A stretch of DNA of 43,170 nt, taken from NCBI GenBank assembly GCA_050998315.1, contig JBPCQG010000116.1, positions 1 through 43,170 of the forward strand. Direction: 5' to 3'. The notes under the pieces are model-generated. The model was not told the DNA's origin. It ran no database searches and saw nothing but the letters and a program-made list of their open reading frames with translations. This stretch comes from Chitinophagaceae bacterium (lineage in GTDB: Bacteria; Bacteroidota; Bacteroidia; Chitinophagales; Chitinophagaceae). Position numbers and translations under genes: made by a program. Shown piece by piece: positions 27,401 to 36,940 of this stretch (positions are counted from its first letter, which is position 1; every line of letters starts with the position of its first letter).

Positions 27401-28060
27401 ATGGATAAGAAAACAGAAATATTAAAATTAATTCTTGAGCAGGGAATTCTACCGCTGTATTTTACCAAAGACTCAGAGGTAAGTGTAAATGTTTTAAAAG
27501 CATTATACAGTGCAGGAATACGGGCGGTAGAATATACCAACCGCGGTGAAGCAGCATTACAGAATTTTGTAAAAATGAGAGAAGTTTGTGATGCCGGGTT
27601 ATTGGGTATGTATCTAGGAATAGGAACTATTAAAGATGGCGAAACTGCTAAAACTTTTATTGATGCTGGTGCTGACTTTATTATTTCGCCCGGGCTTGTA
27701 AAAAGCGTTGCAAAAGCTGCTGATAAAAATAGTATGCTTTGGGTGCCTGGATGTATGACGCCATCAGAAATAATTCGTGCAGAAGCTTTAGGAGCAAAAG
27801 TTATAAAACTGTTCCCGGGGAATATTTTAGGTACTGCTTTTTTAAGTGCAGTAAAAGAAATTTTCCCTAATTTATTATTTATGCCAACAGGCGGAGTTGA
27901 TCTGGATAAAGAAAACATCGCAGGATGGTTTAAAGCTGGTGTGTGTGCTGTAGGGATGGGAAGCAAATTGATAAGTAAACAATTACTTGAGCAAAAAGAT
28001 TATGGAAAGATTGAAGAACTAACAAAGCAGGCAATGGAAATTGTAAAATCAGTAAAATAA
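27401..28060 (+). CDS. eda: KDPG/KHG aldolase
   Basis: E.TNR, GIGT, PGCMTPSE, KLFPG and MPTGGV motifs. ATG 27401 preferred. Confidence 0.92.
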   Translation: MDKKTEILKLILEQGILPLYFTKDSEVSVNVLKALYSAGIRAVEYTNRGEAALQNFVKMREVCDAGLLGMYLGIGTIKDGETAKTFIDAGADFIISPGLVKSVAKAADKNSMLWVPGCMTPSEIIRAEALGAKVIKLFPGNILGTAFLSAVKEIFPNLLFMPTGGVDLDKENIAGWFKAGVCAVGMGSKLISKQLLEQKDYGKIEELTKQAMEIVKSVK

Positions 28061-28890
28061 TGAAGATTATAAACAGTGTTCATCCTGAAGATTTTAAAAC
28101 ATATTCCACTACTGTTATAAGAGAAAGATTTCTACTTGAAGACCTGGCACAACCCGGTAAAATAAGTTTTGCATATACCCATTATGACCGGATGATTGTG
28201 GGATTAGCAATACCTTCCGAAGAAGCCATCGAACTTCCTGTCTTTGATATTTTAAGAGCAAATTATTTTTTGGAAAGAAGAGAAATGGGAATTATTAATG
28301 TTGGCGGTGAAGGAACAGTTTCAACTGGCAATGAAAGCTTTTCTCTTAAGAAATTAGATTGCCTTTATATTGGTAAGGGAACTGAAAAAGTATCCTTCGG
28401 AAGTGCTGACGCATCATTGCCGGCAATCTTTTATATTTTATCTGCATCTGCACATGCTGTTCATCCAACCAAACTATTAAAAAAAGAACAGGCACAGGGA
28501 GGAGCAATGGGAGCGGCAGAAACTGCTAACAGGCGAACTATCTATCGCTACATCCACAAAGAAGGTTTACAAAGCTGCCAGTTAGTAATGGGCTTAACCA
28601 TTTTAGAAACCGGCAGCGTTTGGAATACAATTCCTGCGCATACACACGACAGGCGAATGGAAGTTTACTTTTATTTTGACGTTCCCGAAAACCAGGTTGT
28701 ATTTCATTATATGGGAGAGCCGCAGGAAACCAGGCACATGCTCGTTAAAAATTATAATGCTGCGGTATCTCCGCCATGGAGTATACATGCCGGAAGCGGT
28801 ACCAGCAATTATGGATTTATTTGGGGGATGGCGGGAGAGAATTTGGAATACACCGATATGGATGTGGTTCAACTAAACGATTTAGGATAA
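28060..28890 (+). CDS. kduI: 5-dehydro-4-deoxy-D-glucuronate isomerase
   Basis: YFLERRE.GIIN.GG, SCQL.MG.T, WNT.P.HTHDRRME and SPPWSIH motifs. Confidence 0.95.
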   Translation: MKIINSVHPEDFKTYSTTVIRERFLLEDLAQPGKISFAYTHYDRMIVGLAIPSEEAIELPVFDILRANYFLERREMGIINVGGEGTVSTGNESFSLKKLDCLYIGKGTEKVSFGSADASLPAIFYILSASAHAVHPTKLLKKEQAQGGAMGAAETANRRTIYRYIHKEGLQSCQLVMGLTILETGSVWNTIPAHTHDRRMEVYFYFDVPENQVVFHYMGEPQETRHMLVKNYNAAVSPPWSIHAGSGTSNYGFIWGMAGENLEYTDMDVVQLNDLG

Positions 28891-28903
28891 TTAATTGAAG
28901 GAC

Positions 28904-29713
28904 ATGAATTTTTCTTTAAATGATAAAGTAATAGTTGTAACAGGAGGCACTGGCATTTTGGGGAATGCATTTATTGATGCAATTGTTGAAGCTGGCGGTG
29001 CTGTTGGCATTTTAGGTAGAAAAAAAGATGTTGCAGAACAAAGAGCAGATGCAATAAATAAAAATGGCGGGAAGGCGATTGCTTTGGTTGCCGATGTTTT
29101 AGATGAAAATCAATTACAGGAGGCAAGAGAAAAAGCGTTTTCATACTTTGGCAAAATAGATGGATTGGTAAATGCAGCAGGCGGTATTATGCCTGAAGGA
29201 GTTCTTCAGCATGATGAAGATATTTTTAAAATGAATTTAGAGGGAATGAAAAAAGTTACTGATCTCAATCTCTGGGGAACAATTATACCTACACACGTTT
29301 TCGGAAATGCAATAGCACAAACAGGAAAGGGAAGTATTGTAAATATTTCGTCCATGAATTCCAAAAGAGCTATTACAAAAGTGCTGGGATATAATATGGG
29401 TAAAGCCGGGGTGGATTGCTATACCCAATGGTTCGCAGTGGAATTGGCTAATCGGTATGGTGATAAAATAAGAATGAACGCTTTAGCTCCCGGGTTCTTT
29501 TTAACAGAGCAAAATAGAAATCTACTTACAAAACCTGAAGGTGGTTATACTGAAAGGGGGGAGTTGGTAATTAAACAAACACCATTTAAGCGTTTCGGAC
29601 ATCCTGATGAATTAAAGGGCGCATTGGTTTGGCTGTTAAGCGATGCCTCACAATTTGTTACAGGCTCTATGATTTGTGTTGACGGGGGGTTTTCAATTTT
29701 TGGAGGAGTATAA
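28904..29713 (+). CDS. SDR oxidoreductase, D-mannonate oxidoreductase (fructuronate reductase)-type
   Basis: TGGTGILG, NAAGG, YxxxK (YNMGK) and APGFFLTEQNR motifs. Confidence 0.8.
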   Translation: MNFSLNDKVIVVTGGTGILGNAFIDAIVEAGGAVGILGRKKDVAEQRADAINKNGGKAIALVADVLDENQLQEAREKAFSYFGKIDGLVNAAGGIMPEGVLQHDEDIFKMNLEGMKKVTDLNLWGTIIPTHVFGNAIAQTGKGSIVNISSMNSKRAITKVLGYNMGKAGVDCYTQWFAVELANRYGDKIRMNALAPGFFLTEQNRNLLTKPEGGYTERGELVIKQTPFKRFGHPDELKGALVWLLSDASQFVTGSMICVDGGFSIFGGV

Positions 29714-29732
29714 TTTTACATCAATTCTTTAT

Positions 29733-30341
29733 ATGAAGAAATTATTTTTATCAGCATTGTTTTTCGGCGTGTCTTTTTTATTTATGAGTGCTGCTGCGCA
29801 AAGCACAGAAGAATGGACACAACACAAAGCAAAAAATTGGTTTAAGAAAAAAGAATGGCTTGGCGGATTAGAATTAAAGCCTCATAAAACCATAAATGTG
29901 CAGGAATTTGCACGTCAATACCAGGCTAATAAGGCTTATTGGGATATGGCATTTACATTTTTGAAAAACAATGACCTAAATAAAATTGCCAAAGGAAGAT
30001 ATCCTATTGATGGTGAAAATGTATTTGCATCGGTAACTGCAGATTCTTCAAAAAATTTTGATAAAACAAACTGGGAATCTCATCGTAAGTATATTGACTT
30101 ACAATATGTGATTAATGGTGAAGAAAAGATTGGCATATACCCTGTTTCAAAAGCAACCGTTACCAAAGAATACGATGAGAAAAGAGATGTTGCAAATTAT
30201 TCAGCAGATAGAAAGTTATATTCAGCAACGCCAGGTACATTTTTTATTTTCTTTCCTTCAGATGCGCACAGACCAAACATAACTCCAGGTGGCAATAGAG
30301 TGGTTAAAAAGGTAGTGATAAAAATTCTGGTTGCTGAGTAA
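29733..30341 (+). CDS. YhcH/YjgK/YiaL family protein with N-terminal signal peptide
   Basis: Signal MKKLFLSALFFG...AAAQ; WESHRKYIDLQ and FFIFFP.D.HRP motifs. Confidence 0.85.
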   Translation: MKKLFLSALFFGVSFLFMSAAAQSTEEWTQHKAKNWFKKKEWLGGLELKPHKTINVQEFARQYQANKAYWDMAFTFLKNNDLNKIAKGRYPIDGENVFASVTADSSKNFDKTNWESHRKYIDLQYVINGEEKIGIYPVSKATVTKEYDEKRDVANYSADRKLYSATPGTFFIFFPSDAHRPNITPGGNRVVKKVVIKILVAE

Positions 30342-30374
30342 AATAAACCCCGCCGATGTGACGAGGCTACTTTG

Positions 30375-30449
30375 TGGGAGCACACGGGTTCGAACCGCGG
30401 ACCCTCTGCTTGTAAGGCAGATGCTCTAAACCAACTGAGCTATGCTCCC
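30375..30449 (-). tRNA. tRNA-Val (TAC)
   Basis: Reverse complement GGGAGCATAGCTCAGTTGGTTTAGAGCATCTGCCTTACAAGCAGAGGGTCCGCGGTTCGAACCCGTGTGCTCCCA folds as a cloverleaf; CCA not encoded. Confidence 0.97.
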
Positions 30450-30465
30450 TTAAATTTTAGGAGTG

Positions 30466-30473
30466 CAAATATA
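30466..30473 (-). promoter_or_regulatory. -7 box of the tRNA promoter
   Basis: TATATTTG on the minus strand, 16 nt upstream of the tRNA. Confidence 0.65.
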
Positions 30474-30634
30474 GGCGACGAATTCAAATCTAAAAAATTT
30501 AAACTTTATATTGGATTTGGCCTTATGAGTTGCGAGAATGAGATTTAGTTAGAGATAACTACATGCTTCAAAAGCATTTTTTCTAAGAATGGGAAAACCG
30601 AGTTGAGTGTTAAGAAATATTTACTGACTAGATA

Positions 30635-31402
30635 TTATCTTATAATGCGATCAATAACTATAATCAAAAATGTTAGTCCGCTAGCTATGATGGGTAGTAA
30701 TTGTTGAGATCGTGATACTGTTGCAATTTTAGCTTTATTGGGTTCAACATAAACAATATCGTTAGTTTTTAAATAGTAGAAAGGCGATTCTAAAAAATCA
30801 GGAGAATTTAGGTTTACGCGCCTGGTAATTTTTTTTCCATTTTCAACTCTTATTAGTAATACATTATCTCTTTTGGCAAAAAGAGTCATGTCTCCGGCCA
30901 TTCCAAGAGCCTCCAACATAGATATTTTTTCACTTGGAACGGGGACTACAGAAGGCTTTGTGACCTCACCTAACACGGTGACTTTAAAATTCATGATTCG
31001 AACATTGACTATCGGATCAACTAATAACTTTTTTACAACCAGCGTTTTGGTTAGGTCGTCAGTGAGTTCTTTCACGGTTAATCCAGCTGCCGTTATTTTA
31101 CCAAGTATGGGGAAAAGAATAATTCCTTCATTACTTACTAAATATCCGGATTGTGGGTTATTACCAATCCCAGATTGATTGGGATTATTAAAAATAATTG
31201 TAGCTTCAGAATTTAAGCTGCTTACCGTAATGCTCAGAAGATCGCTTTTTTGTATAACAGGAATTACATTAATTTCTGCAAATTCTTTTTCTTTTATATT
31301 ATTAAAATAAACCGCTTTTTCAGTAGATACGCAGGAATGTAGAAATATGGCTACCATTATAATAAATAGTGGGGCTGTACGCATTAATTTAATTTTTGAC
31401 AT
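30635..31402 (-). CDS. wza: Polysaccharide export lipoprotein (Wza/OPX family)
   Basis: Lipobox LHSC, D.LSITVSS, G.I..P..G.I.AAG.T, VLGEV..P and EALGMAGD motifs. Start uncertain (31432, 31402 or 31384). Confidence 0.88.
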   Translation of the reverse strand: MSKIKLMRTAPLFIIMVAIFLHSCVSTEKAVYFNNIKEKEFAEINVIPVIQKSDLLSITVSSLNSEATIIFNNPNQSGIGNNPQSGYLVSNEGIILFPILGKITAAGLTVKELTDDLTKTLVVKKLLVDPIVNVRIMNFKVTVLGEVTKPSVVPVPSEKISMLEALGMAGDMTLFAKRDNVLLIRVENGKKITRRVNLNSPDFLESPFYYLKTNDIVYVEPNKAKIATVSRSQQLLPIIASGLTFLIIVIDRIIR

Positions 31403-31740
31403 AAATCCGATATTTTTGGGTCTTAATACCATGAAAATTATAAAATTATATTTCTAATAGATTTATAAGCAAGTGTTTGTTATCTTATCTCCTATCCCAA
31501 CCTGGCAATGCGGACAAAGAGGTAAATATAAAAAAATTAATTAAAAAAATTTGTTTTATATATTTTTTACTTTACTTTTACTTTCTCATTATCCTTCCAA
31601 AAGCTTACCCAACCCGAAAGAAAAAATACCTCGTTTAATACCTATCTGAAAAATTCTCCAAAGGCTTTTATTTAAAATTTTTTGTTTACTTAACTGGTAA
31701 ATAATAAATGTACTTACTGTAACACATAAAAATTAAATTT

Positions 31741-32124
31741 ATGAAAAGGCCTATTATTGTCGTTATTGCACTCAGTTTTGTCTTAACTCAGTTGCAAATA
31801 TTTATGCCGATATTTTTGTCTGGCATTGCTCTACCCTTATTAGTAATAAATATCTTATTTATTCTTGATGTAAATATTTTACAAAAACGGCCATCCCTTC
31901 TGGAACTAAATGTTTTGAGTAAACAGAATAATTCAGGGCAAACATCTAGCTTGCAACAACCAGATATTAAATTATATTTCATTTTATCTCTATTTTGTAT
32001 TGTTGTGGCCTTTACAATTTTGCTGGGATATCTTTTGGGCGACCTAAGTCGCAACGGTATTTATGATGTTGCTATAATAATTCCTGCGCACCTTTACTTC
32101 TTAATTTTTGGAACGATAGAATAG
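31741..32124 (+). CDS. Hypothetical membrane protein
   Basis: 127 aa with about four hydrophobic segments and an A-rich upstream region; no family recognised. Confidence 0.5.
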   Translation: MKRPIIVVIALSFVLTQLQIFMPIFLSGIALPLLVINILFILDVNILQKRPSLLELNVLSKQNNSGQTSSLQQPDIKLYFILSLFCIVVAFTILLGYLLGDLSRNGIYDVAIIIPAHLYFLIFGTIE

Positions 32125-32532
32125 CTAAATTTTTCTTATGAAAATTCAGCACCAACCAGGTGAGGTAAGCTACATCCTCCCGGATTTAGCATTTAAGTCT
32201 CACTCCTTTTGTCTTTGTTGGCAATATTCATAAGGATAAGTTTTGATATAAGATTTTAGCTGTTTCATGCACATTTCCCAATTTATAAATTATTAACTTA
32301 AAAAAATTACTGAATCATTCTATATTTCTAGGCCACTTAATCTTTATTTGGTAGGAAAAAAATAAAAAAATGAACCAGAAGTAACTAACTTTATGGTTCT
32401 ATATACTATATATAATCAAATAAAAACCTAGTAGCCAGTACCCGCAGATAATTAAAATGGCGCCTGTTACATTAAGAAGTTTATTAATTGTGGTAACTCT
32501 TAGGCAATTAGTCAAACAATTAACCGTTAATT

Positions 32533-34860
32533 ATGAAAATTAATAAAAATAAAATGGCTGAAGACGAAGACGAAAATTTCATCCAGCAACTGGTTTTAAA
32601 ATTTCTTCCATATTGGCCTATGTTTTTGGTGGCTATAATTTTAGGCTTTGGTATCGCGTATACATATCTTCGCTATACTACTCCAATTTACCAAGCTACT
32701 GCAACACTTATCATAAAAGATGAAAGGAAAGGAAATGAAGAATCTAAATTAATGGAATCTTTTGATTTGGTTTCTTCTAAAAAAATCGTTGAAAATGAGA
32801 TTGAAATAATTCAGTCAAGAAAATTGATGATAGATGTTGTAAAACACCTGGGATTATATGCTCCAATTTCTGATCAGGGGAAAATAAAAGCTCTATCTGC
32901 ATATACTAAATCTCCTGTTACTGTTCTTACTACTAATCCTGATTCTATAATAAGTGTTGAAAAAGTAAAATTAGATTTTGATAAAAATAATAATACTGTT
33001 ATTTTAAATGATAAATATAAATATCCGCTCAATCAAATTGTTATCACTCCTTATGGAAGATTAAAATTTATACCAAATAATAACTATGAAAAAGCTGATA
33101 AGCCCAAACAACTTTATTTTTCATTATATAACCCTAAGGCTCTTGCTTCGGGCTTATTAGGAAGTTTAAAAGTAGCACCAGCAGGTAAATTATCATCTAT
33201 AATAATCCTTAGTTTTAATGATGAAGTTCCTAAAAGGGCGGAAGATATATTGAATCAATTAATCAATTCTTATAAACAATCCGAAATTAACGAAAAAGAT
33301 GCTTTAGCTAAAAATACGTTAGCTTTTGTTGAAGATAGATTAAATATGGTATCCCATGATCTTGATTCTATTGAAAAGAAAGTTCAACAATATAAATCAG
33401 CAAGAGGAGCCGTGGATATCAGTGCGCAAGGTCAATTGTATTTACAAAACGTGAGCACCAATGATCAAAAGTTGAGCGATGTAAATATGCAGCTTTCTGT
33501 TCTGGACCAAGTAGAAAAATTCGTAACGACAAAGGAAAATAGCAGTGGAATTGTTCCTTCTACATTGGGCGTAAATGATCCGATGCTTTCACAACTAATG
33601 GATAAACTTTATACTTCGGAATTGGAATATGAAAGACTAAGAAAAACAGTCGGTGAAAACAATCCCAACCTGGTCTCTATTCAAGATCAGATTACTAAAA
33701 TAAGACCTAACATTCTACAAAATATCCAAAGCCAACAACAAAGCTTGAGTGCCGCAAAAAGAAATTTGAATGCTACAAATGGAAGTTATAATTCTATTTT
33801 GCAGGCAGTTCCGCAAAAAGAACGTCAATTACTCGACATTAGTCGCGCACATTCAAACAAAAGTAATATCTACTCTTTTTTGCTTCAAAGAAAGGAAGAG
33901 AGTGAACTTGCGTACGCATCCAAAGTATCTAATAACAGGGTAGTAGATTATGCAGAGGCAAACTATAATCCTGTTAGTCCAAAAAAAATGGTAGTTTATG
34001 CTGTATCGGTTTTGGCTCTACTTAGTTTATGTATCGCAATTATAACTATCAAAGAGTCTATAACAGGTAAAGTTCTTTACAGACATGAAGTAGAATCCCG
34101 GACTTCTATACCAATTATTGGAGAAGTTGCATTTGATAAATCGAAAACACCTTTAGTAATAGAAGCTGGAAGAAGGAGTTTTATTGCCGAAGAGTTTAGA
34201 AGATTAAGGATTTCACTATCATTTTTAGGTATTGATGCTGCCCATAAAAAAATCCTGGTCACCTCAAGTATTTCAGGTGAGGGAAAAAGCTTTATTGCTG
34301 CGAATCTTGCTGTAAGCCTTTCTCTAACCGGGAAGAAAGTTGTGCTTGTTGATATGGATCTAAATAATCCTTCTATTGCGAAAATCTTAAATGTAACCCA
34401 GCAGGAAGGTATTACTGAATTCTTAACAGGCCATAAAGAACCGGAAGAAATAATAAAACGCGTAAAAGCACATGAAAATTTATTTTTTATCTCAGCTGGT
34501 TCTCTGCCGGAAAATCCTACTGAGCTTTTGGCAAATGGAAAAGTGAATGAAATTATTGAATATTTGGATAAAACTTTTGATTTGGTAATTATTGATACCT
34601 CACCAATAGTTTTGGTTACCGATGCATACATATTATCTGCTCTTTGCGATGCAACGTTATATGTAGTAAGGCATAAGTATACTCCCAAAATGCTTATAAA
34701 AAGAATAGATGAAAATAACCAAATAAATCCTATAAATAATCCGGCAATAGTTTTTAATGGGGTTAAAGTAAGAGGCTTTTTCAAAAATAATTACGGGTAT
34801 GGTTATGATTATTTATACAGTCCAAAGCAATCTGGGAAAAAGAAGCCTGCGGTTTTATAA
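32533..34860 (+). CDS. wzc: Polysaccharide co-polymerase / tyrosine autokinase (Wzc family)
   Basis: Two TM helices, coiled-coil periplasmic region, Walker A SGEGKS, VDMD, IIDTSP, and a Tyr-rich tail YGYGYDYLY. Confidence 0.93.
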   Translation: MKINKNKMAEDEDENFIQQLVLKFLPYWPMFLVAIILGFGIAYTYLRYTTPIYQATATLIIKDERKGNEESKLMESFDLVSSKKIVENEIEIIQSRKLMIDVVKHLGLYAPISDQGKIKALSAYTKSPVTVLTTNPDSIISVEKVKLDFDKNNNTVILNDKYKYPLNQIVITPYGRLKFIPNNNYEKADKPKQLYFSLYNPKALASGLLGSLKVAPAGKLSSIIILSFNDEVPKRAEDILNQLINSYKQSEINEKDALAKNTLAFVEDRLNMVSHDLDSIEKKVQQYKSARGAVDISAQGQLYLQNVSTNDQKLSDVNMQLSVLDQVEKFVTTKENSSGIVPSTLGVNDPMLSQLMDKLYTSELEYERLRKTVGENNPNLVSIQDQITKIRPNILQNIQSQQQSLSAAKRNLNATNGSYNSILQAVPQKERQLLDISRAHSNKSNIYSFLLQRKEESELAYASKVSNNRVVDYAEANYNPVSPKKMVVYAVSVLALLSLCIAIITIKESITGKVLYRHEVESRTSIPIIGEVAFDKSKTPLVIEAGRRSFIAEEFRRLRISLSFLGIDAAHKKILVTSSISGEGKSFIAANLAVSLSLTGKKVVLVDMDLNNPSIAKILNVTQQEGITEFLTGHKEPEEIIKRVKAHENLFFISAGSLPENPTELLANGKVNEIIEYLDKTFDLVIIDTSPIVLVTDAYILSALCDATLYVVRHKYTPKMLIKRIDENNQINPINNPAIVFNGVKVRGFFKNNYGYGYDYLYSPKQSGKKKPAVL

Positions 34861-35225
34861 ACATCGATTAAACCGAAATTTCCTTTAATAAAGTAATCTA
34901 CTCAATCATTACAAAGTGTGACTGAGAACGGCGAAGCCATATCCTGCAAGATCATTTTAATCTAAAATATTCATAACTTAATATAATGTATTAAGATTAT
35001 ATCCAGACTAACTGTACACTTTCACTGCTTCCATTGATGTACAGTTGCCAGCTAATAAAAAAGCATTCAAAATTTTCCCTTAATTAAAGCAACTATTAGC
35101 TATTCGCAATAAGAAGTAGACTGGGTCTTTTAAAAAAAAATAGAGCTTTCCATTCTAAACGACTTTAAAAATGAAATCCCCTTTTTTAGCTATAAAATAT
35201 AATAGGATTAATTAAATTTATAATC

Positions 35226-36854
35226 ATGAAAGAAAAGAGTATGTACCTTAAGCCAAACTTGGTTTTCGAACCTCTCTATGACAATTGGTATGCATGGAGT
35301 CATTTAATTTCGCCAGCAACAGCAGCAATGAATGTAGTAGGAAGACATCATACAATAATTGAATCCTACTTGGCTGCTCCTTCAATTCATGCCGAAGCGG
35401 TGCTTAACCCAAAAATGCGGGGAGGACCTTTTATGGACTTTGGCGGAGGAAGAATTGAGGAAGTGAAAGCTTTGCAGCAGAAATCTTTTCAGAAACAGGA
35501 AAAGGTCATTCAATTTGCAAAAGCGGTAAAAGAATTAGATAAGTTATTAGCGACAGAAGCTAAAGGTTTTGGTTTAGAAGCCTTATATGAGAAAGTACCC
35601 CCTCTCCTTAAAGGATATGTAGAATTGTATTACGATCGTAATAATAATCCTGGCTTCCGGTTTTTCGAATCTCTATTGTATAATAGTGAGTTTTATAACA
35701 AGAGCTCACAAAGTTTTGCAATGTGGCTAACAAATAATGATGAACGTCCGTTCTGTCTCAGTACTCCTCGTTTAGAAGATGCTGATGTTCTAAGTCTTGA
35801 TATTCCCTTCGATCATCCCGGAATTGACGAATTGGTCAAAATGAAAAGAGTACCTCAACCTTTGGGCTACATCAAATCTATGTTAGGCATTACCCCATCT
35901 CAGGAAGTCCTTTTTGATACATTTTTTACTGATCAGCCACCAACTCCGTATCAAAAATATACAGGAGATAAAATCAGGATGCGCTATTTCGGACATGCCT
36001 GTATTCTTGTGGAAACAAAGGATATAAGTATTCTCGTTGACCCACTGATTAGTTATTATGGATATCATTCTGATGTACAACATTTCTCTGATGTTGATCT
36101 ACCGGATACAATAGATTATGTGTTGATAACCCATAATCACCAGGATCACATTTTATTTGAAACATTATTACCATTACGGCATAAAATAAAAAATCTGATT
36201 GTGCCACGGACAAATAGTGGAAGGCTGGAAGATCCGGATCTGAAGTTGATGTTTAATAATATAGGCTTTAATAATGTAACGGCGGTGAACGAAATGGAAA
36301 CTATTCGCTTTATTGATGCCACTATTACCGGCTTACCCTTTATTGGTGAGCACAGTGATTTAAATATAGTAACCAAATCCTGCTATCTGGTTAAAATAGG
36401 AGATTTCAAGCTAATATTTTTGGCCGATTCCCGGATTATTGAACCGAAATTGTATGAATATATTCATGATAAAATAGGCGATGTAGATGTAATTTTTATC
36501 GGAATGGAATGTGACGGCGCACCATTAACCTGGTTATATGGTCCTTTGTTAACAAAGAAATTGCCCAGGGATATGGATGGAAGCAGAAGATTGGCAGGTT
36601 CAGATTGTAATAAAGGTATGTCATTGGTTAACATCTTTAATCCCAAAGAAATATATGTGTATGCTATGGGCCAAGAACCTTGGGTAGAATTTATCAGCAG
36701 CATAAAATATACGGATGAATCTAACCCAATTGTACAATCTAATAAGCTTGTACAAATTTGCCGGGACAGAGGTATGATAGCTGAACGATTATATGGTGAA
36801 AAAGAACTGTTATATGAAAAACAGAATTCACCTACTGCGCTAAGTTTTTCATGA
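35226..36854 (+). CDS. CmlA-like non-haem diiron amino-acid beta-hydroxylase (MBL fold)
   Basis: N-terminal EPL...WYAWS.L..P...GGP region and THNHQDH, GEHSDL, ADS, GMEC motifs as in CmlA; ~540 aa; adjacent to an NRPS. Confidence 0.82.
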   Translation: MKEKSMYLKPNLVFEPLYDNWYAWSHLISPATAAMNVVGRHHTIIESYLAAPSIHAEAVLNPKMRGGPFMDFGGGRIEEVKALQQKSFQKQEKVIQFAKAVKELDKLLATEAKGFGLEALYEKVPPLLKGYVELYYDRNNNPGFRFFESLLYNSEFYNKSSQSFAMWLTNNDERPFCLSTPRLEDADVLSLDIPFDHPGIDELVKMKRVPQPLGYIKSMLGITPSQEVLFDTFFTDQPPTPYQKYTGDKIRMRYFGHACILVETKDISILVDPLISYYGYHSDVQHFSDVDLPDTIDYVLITHNHQDHILFETLLPLRHKIKNLIVPRTNSGRLEDPDLKLMFNNIGFNNVTAVNEMETIRFIDATITGLPFIGEHSDLNIVTKSCYLVKIGDFKLIFLADSRIIEPKLYEYIHDKIGDVDVIFIGMECDGAPLTWLYGPLLTKKLPRDMDGSRRLAGSDCNKGMSLVNIFNPKEIYVYAMGQEPWVEFISSIKYTDESNPIVQSNKLVQICRDRGMIAERLYGEKELLYEKQNSPTALSFS

Positions 36855-36940
36855 GCCAACAATAAAGTGTATGGTAGGTCATTATAAATATTGTCTAACT
36901 CCGAGTAAAAACAGCCAAATCAAAAAGTAGATTGTTATCA

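Noticed and set aside
30375-30449. tRNA-Val as the integration site of the EPS/NRPS region
   Set aside because: The region lies on the 5' side of the tRNA, and no integrase or duplicated tRNA 3' end is visible.
32125-32532. ops/JUMPstart element or invertible promoter upstream of wzc
   Set aside because: No matching motif or flanking inverted repeats found by eye.
27388-34784. Long antisense ORFs (27388-27966, 34077-34784) and other short overlapping ORFs
   Set aside because: Shadows of well-supported genes on the opposite strand or frame, without motifs.
35010-35046. 9-bp inverted repeat AACTGTACA/TGTACAGTT between wzc and the hydroxylase
   Set aside because: AT-rich stem, 19-nt loop and no U-tract; too weak to call a terminator or operator.
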